Shown in pieces: positions 38,697-50,100 of a stretch of 64,000 bases of DNA. The position numbers and the translations under genes were made by a program. Every line of letters begins with the position of its first letter. Positions within the stretch are counted from its first letter, which is position 1. Location: assembly GCA_964035545.1 (NCBI GenBank), contig OZ037769.1, forward strand, positions 11,562,633 to 11,626,632. The letters run 5' to 3'. Source of the stretch: Bugula neritina. Lineage: Eukaryota > Animalia > Bryozoa. Below the pieces are notes generated by a model, which was not told where the DNA came from, did no database searches, and saw only the letters and a list, made by a program, of their open reading frames with translations.

Positions 38697-39451
38697 CACA
38701 GGATAGTTAAGGGCAACCTTTTAGCTGCAACTGCCTTGCTGAGGTTTGCATTGTAATCATATAAGAATTCAGTACCAGTAAAATAAAATCTCACCTAATT
38801 GTGCTAGAGTCAAAATTTAAAAACTATGTTGTAGATCTTCTTTCCCCCAGTGCAACCTTTTTGGAAAGTTCAATTTTCATTTTTGTTGCAAAGTTATAGA
38901 CAAAAAACTGCCCAATTTCGGCCTATTTTGCCAGAAAAGCTGACTTTTCAGTACCAGTAAAATATCTCAGCAGCAAAACATGATATCTGAATAAAAATTG
39001 CACTGCTGGAATCCTGAGATATTTCTCTAGTGCATCTTTTTTTCTTTTTCCAATAACTCTGCTAGATTGCTCATAAATTGGTGATTTATACACTGAAAAT
39101 GCCATTTTTGTTCATGAGAAACTAGCAGCGCGCAGCACTTCACGCTTCAATGAGCACGTAGGGATGAGAAGATATTGGCGCGTACATAATAATTACAGGC
39201 TTGCTAGCTGGCAGGCTATTTTGAATAACTCGCTTTGGACTTTGTTTATGTAGCACCCATAATGAAATGTTGATAGATAACGCAGCCCTAATGAAGGTTG
39301 CTGCTTATTGGTTGTAGTTTAATCTTAGGCTAAACAATTGCAAGTAGGCAACACGCATGCCACCCGCAGAGCAATATTATTCAAGAACCTGAACTACATT
39401 TTGAGAGAAATTTATGATATTCTTAGTGAGGATGCCCTTAACTATCCTGTT
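38697..39451. mobile_element. ~750-bp MITE, copy b, inserted in Gypsy C pol
   Basis: Same TIRs; interrupts the pol sequence GTCGGCT(G/A)ACCTCC. Confidence 0.8.
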
Positions 39452-42400
39452 GTAACCTCCTTTTCCTTTTCCGGCCCCAACCTACGCGTGGGTTGCCAAA
39501 TAGGAACTGTTCCCGCAGCCAGCGGTATCTCATGACAGACGACTCGTGTCAGGCCTACGTCATGAATTCCGCTGCTGAACACGCCGTTCTACTCGCGCAT
39601 CAACTTCGCCATAGCCTGGCGATCCTCGTTGTCATGCAGCCGTGACAGGTCGCCTCATACAACTCCTTGACGTGTGGCGGGATGATCCCCCGCTCTCTAG
39701 GCGGGCGCTGTCAGCGATCACCCGTCGTGTCTCCCAGCAACGGTCCCACGCTCTCTTTCTGGGCAGAGTGGAAACGGCCCAGCATGAACCAGGCCAGTAG
39801 CTTCACCGACTCCATGAAGGGGTTGACGCACTGCACTAAGATCTCTTCTCGCGCAGTCGGCTGATTGAGACTGCTAGCAAGCTGGATTCTATTGTGCGCA
39901 CCTTCCACCACCCCTAGTCCGGAGATCTGGCTATTATTCACTCTACAGTGAATGGTAGCCCGGGAGGGGCCCGGTATCGTACAGTTCCGTATTACCTGCA
40001 CGCCACTAGAGGACGGCTGAACTTGTCGACACAGGTGAGCTCTCGCTCGGCCATCAACATTGCAGACTTACTAAAGTCAATGTGACACCTGTGTTGTTTT
40101 AAGAATGGCATTCCGAGAATAGCATCCTCTTCAAGTTGACTGACGACGAACGTCTCATGTATGGCTTAGTCACGAACACGCCCAGTCAACTCTATAAGGC
40201 TGTAGAAAGGGATGCACGACCCGTCGGCAAGGTGCCATGCTCTCCTGTATATGGCTCTATCCCGGCTCTTTTTTTGGGAGGAAGGGTATCGAAGGCACGA
40301 CGGCTGAGGAGGTTTGTGGTATACCAGGAGTCTAGTAAGAAGGTGACAGCTCGGTCGGTACCTTGCCTGGTAGGAAATAATTATCTCCGTGTGGTTGTAC
40401 CCGTACTTCCCCTGCGTGCTCGGCTTCAGTGAGATAGAGCCCCCCTGGCCTGGCCCGCGATTGGCGGGGCTTCTGGCGGCAAGGGTTTTGTTTCCCGGGG
40501 ATGGAATGTTTCCCTTTTCTCTCCACAGGTGGCCCGCCCACCAGCTCTGGTTCTGGCAGCCGGTCGAAGCAATTGGTGAGTGGCAGTGTAAAGGTACTGG
40601 GTTGCCTTTCTGGTCGACTGGTCCTACGTGGTACCTGCCACTCTTGAGAAGTATACCGTCGCGTCGGTGCAGACGGTCGGCGGTTTTCCTTGCTGGAGTC
40701 CTCCATTCCTGGCTCGCGGGAGGCGGAGACATCCGCGGGCCGTGGAAGTTTAACTCCCATTTGTTTTGTGGACACTCCATACAAAGATGTCCTTGGTCAC
40801 CGCACTCTCAACACAGAGCCGGTGGCCGCGGTGTCTCGTCTGCTACTGCATGGGTCTTTAGACGAGTTGCAGAGTGTCGGAGCGAGTGACGATGGCCACC
40901 AGCTTCTCTATCATCCCAGTCTCTTCACCGTAGCTGCATGTTCCTGGAGGGGCGTGCGTAGCTCACGACGCAGCTCTTGTAGACCGGCCTTGGCATCTAC
41001 AGCGGAGATGCTGAAACGGGCCCGCAGTGCAGCGAAGATTTCATCAACGCTGGTTCCTAGTCCATACGGTTTGGCCTGTTCTGTTGGTGCCATCCTCAGT
41101 TGGATCAGGGCCACTCAGGGTGGCCACTGGGTGATGTCTACCACATCACTGAATTATTGAATAAACTGCTCTACATCTTTCAGGCCAGTAAAGGTGGGGC
41201 TTCCAGGCGATACCTGTAGGTCTCCTTCTCTTGTAACACGGGGCCCTCTGAGGCTACAGCAATATCAAGCTCACCTTCCATGTGTCAAGCTGGTTCTCTC
41301 GCCATCCTGGTTCTTATTAACGTCTGTCAGGTATTTGCATTGCACAGAATGGTCCTACCGCTGCCACCAATGTCATATTTTCCAATTACGTTATGATGGG
41401 GTTCTACTGTTTGCAATTACCATAGTGGTCAGTTACGTAATTAGATCAGAATAACTCCTGTTTCAGTATGGGAACGACAAATATATTTGAGGCATATAAG
41501 TAAAAGAAAAAAGTGCATTCAGTTGTCCTGAATGTACATAAGTCAAAACGTATCACAATTACTCCAACATCTATTTTCACACAAGTCTATTTTCTACTTC
41601 AGCAGTCTCGAAGCTCTCTGCTTCGCAGGGAGGCAATCACGTGACACAATGGGATTGGATATGTACAAGAGTATGCCATGCCCTTTTATATTCAATTACA
41701 GAGTGTAATCTGTGCTGCAACTACACTTCCACTACCCATTACAATATTATTCTGCATATTTTTTACACGTACTTACCATGGTAAATACCAGAGTTATCCC
41801 CCTTGACACATAACTTATGGCTATTTTTCTAAATACTGCATGGTTATAGCTAAGTTTGTGTTGCAATTTTCCAATATCTTAAATACTATATCTACTGTTA
41901 AGCTTTTAGAGCAGTAAACAGTTTATAAATCCTTTTCCCACATTTACAAATTGCAACGTTGTATGCAATCTAACATTCCAACAAAACAATTTGATAGTGC
42001 TCTGTCTAACACTTTTAACAAATCTCCAAAATGTTGATATATAGTACCATTGAATTTCCAACAATCTAACATTTCAATAAAATAATTAGCATATGCATCG
42101 TGCTATAATGCATAGAGAGAAATAATGAGGAGTTGTCCTTTCGATAATAATAATAATAATACAAGTCTCTACAACAGGGGGATACTAGCCCGAATGACTT
42201 GAACGTTGGCTGTTACGGGGAAGTAGTGTCGATGTCAATTTCTGCGGAACAAGCTGAACTATCGCGGCTATTTTTCGAAGGATAAGAATGCTGCAATAGG
42301 TCACGATGCAATAAACAAGGAACTGGCACCTGCTAGCGCTACCAATGGTAATATAATAATAAATGCTCGAGAGATTATGGTACACTAGAAGTGGAGGCGA

Positions 42401-43261
42401 TTAATCAGATAATCACAATAAGTGAATATATTTTCCCAGTTATAGCCTATAGGTAAGGAAAAAAATTTCAGTGTGCATAAGTGTGGTAATACTAGATTTA
42501 GAAGCAGGCGAGTATTACTGTCGCTGTCAGTGTGCGTGTTCATGTTGCGTATGGGTGTTTAACTTTTACTTTTAGTTTTACTCTAAGTCTAACTCTTGCA
42601 CTTGTGTCTTGTAGGTGTTCATACACTGTTACAGTTTTAGTCTTACCAAGAGACAGTTAGTCTTACTCTTAGAGTTACTTACACTTACTGTTTGTCTTAC
42701 TCTTGGTTTATTTTTTTTAACAATAATTGTAATTATAGCAATAGCATCATACTCATAGTGATTATCATTATGATTTATGTGGTTATCATTAAATGGTTGG
42801 ATTATCATTATGATTAAGTTTTACTTTAACAATAAGAATAACTGTTAGACTTATATTGTTTCAAGTTCAACACTAACAGTAACAGTGACTGAGTTAACAG
42901 TGTAGCTGTAAGTGTTTACAATTATAATCATAGTTATTCAATAATCATCATCATAATGAGAACCTTATTGTCATAATGTCATCGATAATAGTTTGGAATT
43001 GCATTTGATTATCATTATCTTAATTATATTTGAAAATGGCAATGGTAATCATAATTATAATATGTAGAGAAAATCAAACTAGTAAAAACATCAGAGGCGT
43101 ACTGTTGAAGTTTAAGTCTCGCTTGGATTCACTGGAGTCGGAGATTGGCTAGTAGATGTTGTCATACTACTACTAGTAGTACTACAAACTAACAAAGTTT
43201 ACATCATGTGTTATCTTCATCTTTCCTTCTTTCCACAAATATTCGATGATTTATGGGTGTA

Positions 43262-45318
43262 GGGGAAGGCGAGGCAAGTTGGGTCAAAAATTGCTTTTTT
43301 TTAATATTGTGGCCAATCTAAGCATGTAAATATCAAACTGTTTGTCATAAAGATAAATTAACATGTTATCTGCAATAGCCCAATTCTATTTTGAGGCAAC
43401 ACCAACATTTAGTCAGCTACAGATAATACCGTAAAACCTTTCTTCTGACCCAACTTACCCCTCATGCGGGGTAAGTTGGGTCACCACCAAAAACAAATGG
43501 GGCAAGTTGGGTCGCTATTTCATTACTATGGTCTCTAACATATCACTGAAATAAATTCAGTTTATTAATGCTCATTAGGTCTAAGTAATGATTATCAGTA
43601 TCTTAGTTTGAGAAAAACATACAAAGTTTGTAACATAGGCCCCCAGTCATTATTTAAGTTAGTGAGATTATTTGAATTTAGACTCTGGGAATGGACAAAA
43701 AAGAAGTAAATTAAATCTGCTTAGGGCTATTATTTTTATTTAATAAAGGGATCAAGAAAACTAACTCGACTCAAAGCCCATGCCATCTAGTTTGTTGCCA
43801 AAACTAACACAGCCTATAGTTCGAACAGTTGTTCTAGTTGAGACAGGTGCCCCCAACACTCCAACAATTTGCTCAGCCTCCACTGCAGATATGTCTGGCT
43901 GTGATGGCTTAGAGAATGTACCCTGTGGAGTCGTTTTGTAAAAGTCCAATTTCTAATCTCCTCCATCCTTGACAACCACCATTCTAACAAAACCTATGGT
44001 TGAACGTTTTCCTTTGTATTTTACCACCACAAACGCCACTTCTTCTGCATCTGCCACATCCTCTTCTGCTTCCGCCTCGGATGATGAATCACTGTCTGTC
44101 TCTAATGGAACTAAATGGTTCTGCTCATCTTCTTCGCTGCAGGATTCTGGCTCTTTCTGTATAGGCCTACGCTTAGGTCGTTCCTTTCCTTTATTCAACT
44201 TGTCTGATCATTTTTGTTCGATTCTTTCTTTCTCTGGTGTGTCTGTCAGTATAGCGGTCTTTACCCGTTTTCTTCTGGGTGCTCCATCTTTGCGTAAAGC
44301 AGCTTTGGGTAAGGGAAGGATATCTTGAGGGGTAACAGGCTGCTTAGAGGTAGCCACCACCAGTGAAGTAGAAGTATCCTGAGAGGTAGCCAATAAACCA
44401 GAAGTACTAGGCGTGCTTGGATTGTAGATTGGAATCTGGAGTAAATTTGGCTGAGATGAACTTGGCGAAGTTGAATCAGATCATCTTGCTTATTGATCAC
44501 TCTTTGAGGTTGGAACATAGTCGGCGTCGGTAAATATGCCTGCATTTGATGGGAATATGCCAGATGAGCGAAAGCCCGATGTTATGTTAGCAACAGTCAT
44601 GTTTTGCCCAAATGCTTGCTCTGTTAGGGCGCCAATGTTTTACACTTTTATGCTCTTGTTCGGATAGATTATCATTAAGTTATCCATTGCCTTGTTGAAG
44701 TATGTTTTCATTGGACCGAAAACAGTTCTATCCAGAGACTGTAATCAGTGTGAAGTATGTGGTGGCAAGGTGAGTAGAACAACTCCTGATTCTTTAACAA
44801 AAGTTACAGACTCTAAGGATATATGTGAGCAGTGATTATTGCAGTATCATGATCTGCAACAATAAATTTACATTCGCACTATGTTTAGCGATTTGGGGCA
44901 AGTTGGGCCACTGACCCAACTAGCCCCAAAATTTTGACCCAACTTGCCCCATTGGCAGCAATTTTGTAAAGCATGTAATTTTTGCATGAAAAAATTAGTT
45001 TAGAAAGTTTTATAATCCACCAAATATAAGCTAACTATTTAAGCATTCATGACACAAAACATCAGCACTCTATCCTCATGCTTAATGACAAAATTTTGGT
45101 CGACTGTTTTGGTGAACAGAATGTCAAATGAAACAAAAATATTAATATTAGCTAATATTTCACTCACCTCTTTTTTGATAGTGTTGTTGTAGTGGCAGGA
45201 AGTTATTTTAGTTTGGCCTTTACTTCTTGACCTAACTATTCAGTTTCCTAGCATTACAGTTTTTGAGAAAATGGCCTGACCCAACTTGCCCCTTGGCCCA
45301 ACTTGCCCCGCCTTCCCC
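43262..45318 (-). mobile_element. pogo/Tigger-like (Tc1/mariner superfamily) DNA transposon, internally deleted
   Basis: TIR GGGGAAGGCGAGGCAAGTTGGG / CCCAACTTGCCCCGCCTTCCCC with TA flanks. The minus strand at 44540-44830 gives a DDE_1-type remnant, LLTLPPHTSH*LQSLDRTVFGPMK...SGFRSSGIFP. Confidence 0.85.
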
Positions 45319-45699
45319 TATGGTTTTTGCCTGAGATTGCATTTACACTTACTGTGTTCATCTTGTAAAGGATTTTTCTATATTGAGTGGTAATGTTGGC
45401 TGTGTTGCCTCTATGCAATTAAAACTTCCTTTCTTCAGATATGACATCAGAAAAACATTTCATAGTACTAGATATAAAATACAAAATAGTTTCAGCAGAA
45501 ATTTTATTAAAACGCAATCTACAATTAGTCAAATATGTAGAATAAACTTATAGAAATGTAATATGTGCTATAAAATATTACATAGTAGAAAATAAAACAT
45601 AACCATATCATAAAAGATTAATCTCTAATTGATCGATTAGATTAGCTGCGGATGTAAAATTTTAGTAGACCCGATAATTGCCATATCGAGAGCGACGCT

Positions 45700-45780
45700 G
45701 AACCCGAACTTCCGCTGATGAGGCGCCGAAATCATCTGCGGTCACCTGAGTGTCTTCGACCACTGTGCTGTTCTGCTGTG
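45700..45780 (+). promoter_or_regulatory. Candidate promoter / first non-coding exon of copy 2
   Basis: Short CpG-containing island in AT-rich DNA ending in a consensus donor GTAAGT at 45781, just upstream of the duplicated block (~46030). Inference only. Confidence 0.3.
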
Positions 45781-47183
45781 GTAAGTACTTCGCAAAAGCC
45801 ACATACTAGCCCCATCTTCACCTTCACAAACTAACTCAGACCCCTCTTTGCCAATCACAATGTATGGTTTCTCCCCAAAATTTAATAGGTTGATTTGGCA
45901 AAAATTCAGAATTATTATATGGTCAATTGTGTGAGGTCATTTAATTAGCAGCTGGAGGTTGCTGTATTTGAAAAACTGTTACACTTCTTTTGAAACTGAT
46001 CAGAATTCTATAGACTCATTGATGCCAATGTTTTTCAACACAAATTTGTTGAACTTTACTTTTATTATGTTACAGCAAAATATATGCAATAAACGCAACA
46101 CATAATACGGTATTTTACTTTTATTTCAGTGGGTGTTTTTCTTCAAAACTAAAGAATAGATGGCATAATATTTCTAGTTGATACTGCATATTATTTGGCA
46201 AGCGTTATACTCCCAGATAACATCCAGTGAATATTGGGCGTGTACCTAGAGTTCTTTATTAAACTGTGAACTGTAAGGTAATGGCCATATTATTAATTAA
46301 ACTATCTGTGATTATTCTGACAACTCTGGTGATACTTTATTTTTTATAATTGTATATCTAATTTTTGACTCTTGAATGAAATTGTCTTCTGCCCCAACTT
46401 ATGTTTAGTTATTTTTGGTCAGTTGTTGAGTGAGTCACACATTTGACTTGTAACTCATGATCTTCTATAATAGACCCTTTTCAGAGGTCCCTAATGTCCC
46501 CTCTTACAATTAAGAGTTGTGGTCTGCCAAAATGAAATTTGTTGAGCAAAATAGGCTTGAACTCATTTTTGTGGTTTTGGTTGCTGAGCAATGCTGAAGT
46601 GCCACTTTAGCATTGCTCAGTATTTCTGTCAAAATTATCCATTAAGAAATATTTAAAAAATTTTTGAACTGCTAATATGTGTGCTTGTAGCAAAATATCT
46701 ATCTCCTAAAAGAACAATTCTATACCATATTTAGTATTCTAAGTAGCAGCCAAACTTCAAATTTTTAATGAGTTTGCTCTTTATGCAAAGGTTCAGCCTA
46801 TTCCCTTTGGGAGACCACAACTCTTAATTGTAAAGAGGCTATCAGAGACCTCTAAAGAAGATATATTCACTATTGTATATTGATTATAATATTTCATCAC
46901 GTTAGCATTTAAACTCTATCATACAGTTTGATCAAAGAATTTTTACTTTTACTCACCTTTAATCTCCAAATATTACTGTTTATTAATTATTATCTTGATT
47001 AAGATCTTTGTGGTAGTAACGTTTGTTTCCTGTTTTGTTGGAGAGTCTGGTTCCACAGGATGTAGATTTGATTCCTGATTGTTACAGATAAGAAGGGACA
47101 TGTTAGTAACAGATACAGAGATTCTAATTGGCTGCTATAGAATAGATGTTGAGTAGTCATATATGATTGGCTGATTTCACATA

Positions 47184-50100
47184 ATGGCGGAAGGTAAGTC
47201 AGTTTTAGTGAACTAAGTAAATATAATGTAGTAGTTTAACCATTATCCAAGTAACTTATATGAAATTATACAAACTCAACTCATAATGCATTCTTCTGAA
47301 AAATTGTGACTCATTGATGACTATTTTCTTTCATTTCTTAAGTTTATGCATCTTGAGTTCATTTTTTAGAACCAACAACTCAAATATGTTAAAATTGTAA
47401 TCAAGAATTATATGACCACAAACTTGTACTAGCTAAATATTTATTTCTAGTCTATCAGATGATTGCTATGGGTATGACAAATCTAACTTCCTGCTATAAC
47501 ATATGAACTATTGTTACATATGCAACGGATGCTGCTACAGCCCTGACAATGACAATTATATCATACCATAAATAACAGCCATATAGCCATGAAGCATCTA
47601 TTATAATTTTGAATTTTCTCTGAACTAATTGTATTTTTCTGGAATTTAAATATCTTACATATCTTAAATATCTAAACAAATTATCCTGGCTACTCAAGAA
47701 TACAACAGGATAAATTACAAATCTTCAACGTTTCAAAGACACTAACTGGAACTCAGAAGAAATACGGACAAATACAGAAAGAGGCTCTAGCTATAGTGTT
47801 CGCACTAAAGAAGTTTCATCAATACCTCTACGGCCGGCGGTTTATCTTGGTTACCGATCACCGACCATTATTGGCACTATTTGGACCTACAAAGGAGACG
47901 CCAGCTTTAGCAGCCAACAGACTAGCAAGATGGGCACTGCAACTCAGTCAATACGATTATAGTATTGAGTATCGCACGACCAGCAAACATGGCAATGCAG
48001 ATGCACTTAGTCGTCTGCCAGTTGGCCCAGACTTCAAGTTTGATGAGGAGGAAGATGGCAATGATATGGACACGATATGCACGATACGACTGATTTCTCA
48101 ACAATTGAAGCCAACAGATCCAGGAGTACTTCTAAAAGAAACCTTGAAAGATCCCGTTCTGTCTACAGTAATTCGCTACACAAGAGAAGGATGGCCTAAA
48201 ACACTAGAAGAGACAAACACAGAAGATGAGGACCAAACTCATAGTGCAGCTTACAACATACAGTGTTTCAAGAAGGTGTCTGGCTCACTCTCTATCTCAG
48301 ATGGATGCTTGCTGTACGGTTCAAGAGTTGTAATACCGCTTACCCTTCAGCCACAAGTTCTGCAGATTCTTCATCTAGGACACTTTGGCATGCAGCGGAT
48401 GAAACAACTCGCACGTTCTGCTGTTTATTGGCCAAGAATAGACGCAGACATCATGGATGCTTGTAAACAGTGCAGCTCTTGCGCTGAGCACCAAAATCAA
48501 CCAGCCAAAGCTCCTCTCCATCCTTGGATGATTCCAGAAAAGCCATGGAGTCGTATTCACATCGACCATGCAATCAACTTTCTGGGAAGCAACTGGCTAG
48601 TAATTGTGGATGCATACTCAAAGTATCCCTGCATACATCCAACTACATCAACATCTTCCAAGAGAACTACAGAGCTTCTAGAACAAGACTTTGCACACTT
48701 TGGATATCCCCACACTATTGTATCCGACAATGCAAGCACATTCAAGTCTGACGAGTTTCAAAGCTGGTGCCGGGATCGTGGAATAGTTCATCTATCTGGA
48801 GCCCCTTATCACCCTGCCACAAATGGAGCAGCTGAAAGACTAGTGCAATCATTTAAACAGGCTCTAAGAAAATCTAATTTACCACCAAATCTAGCTTTGA
48901 CTGAATTCCTGATGCACTATCGACGCACACCCTTGATAGGAGGATACTCGCCCAGTGAACTGCTGAATGGGAGACAGATTCGTTGCAAAATTGATGTTCT
49001 GCTACCATCACCAGCACACCAAGCCCAAGGACGACAATCAAAGGAAGTGGAAAAGTCTACAGACCAGAAATCCACTGTATCCAAAGTTCACACCTATACA
49101 GTTGGAAGTCCTTGCTACGCACTCTATTGTGGGCCCCGAAGAGACAGAGAACCACGATGGGTCCCTGCCATTGTCACAAAAGTATTGGGACCAAGAAGTA
49201 TAAATGTCAAAGTCACACCAAGAGGACCAATATGGAGACGTCATATTGAACAACTATTACCACGCTACGGGGTTGAGGAAGATTCTGAACCAGCAGACGA
49301 TGTGAAATTTGAAGTTCAAATGGCTGATGTTTCAAATGACGATAGTACTGCTAACCAAATACCTCAACCATGGAGAAATCCCGACTACCCATAGGAGGAG
49401 AGTATGGACCTGAAAATCTTAGAAGATCAAAGAGATTGGCAGCTCGCCAAAATACATAGATGCATCAAAGGCTAGTGGGGAGATGTTACATATGCAACGG
49501 ATGCTGCTACAGCCCTGACAATGACAATTATATCATACCATAAATAACAGCCATATAGCCATGAAGCATCTATTATAATTTTGAATTTTCTCTGAACTAA
49601 TTGTATTTTTCTGGAATTTAAATATCTTACATATCTTAAATATCTAAACAAATTATCCTGGCTACTCAAGAATACAACAACTATATTACAAGGTTTAGTA
49701 GATGTACATTGCATGGTATTTCAATCTGTAGAGGAAAGATATAGAATATGGTTTAACTCTGTCAGTATAGAAGAATCTGATAGAGAATGGGTGAAGAATA
49801 TTCCAGATAAAAGCTACACAATAAATGGGTTGAGACTTGAAAGTAGACGGCATACCATCACTCATGTTATACTGTGGTTTAGCACTCCTCCAGATATTCA
49901 CAATCTCTTCCCTCATCTCACACACCTCGTGTTGAAGGGTATAGAGTCATCTGCCAGGCGTAGCGGGTAATGAAACTCCTCATGATATATTGTATTATTT
50001 AATATGATGTTTATAGAACTTCTTTACTGAAATGTGCAGGTGTAGCATGAAATTATGTCCCTCTTCACCTCTCAGTTTCTTAATATTTATATTCTGGTAG

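Larger units (their letters stand above)
33028..41743 (-). mobile_element. Degenerate Ty3/Gypsy element C of the same clade as A and B, with two MITE insertions
   Basis: Fragmented gag (~40700-41330) and pol (~35900-40400). PBS complement CTACCGCTGCCACCA at ~41355-41369 and PPT complement at 33362. Putative LTRs ~33028-33361 and ~41371-41743 are only loosely similar, and no TSD was confirmed. Confidence 0.8.
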
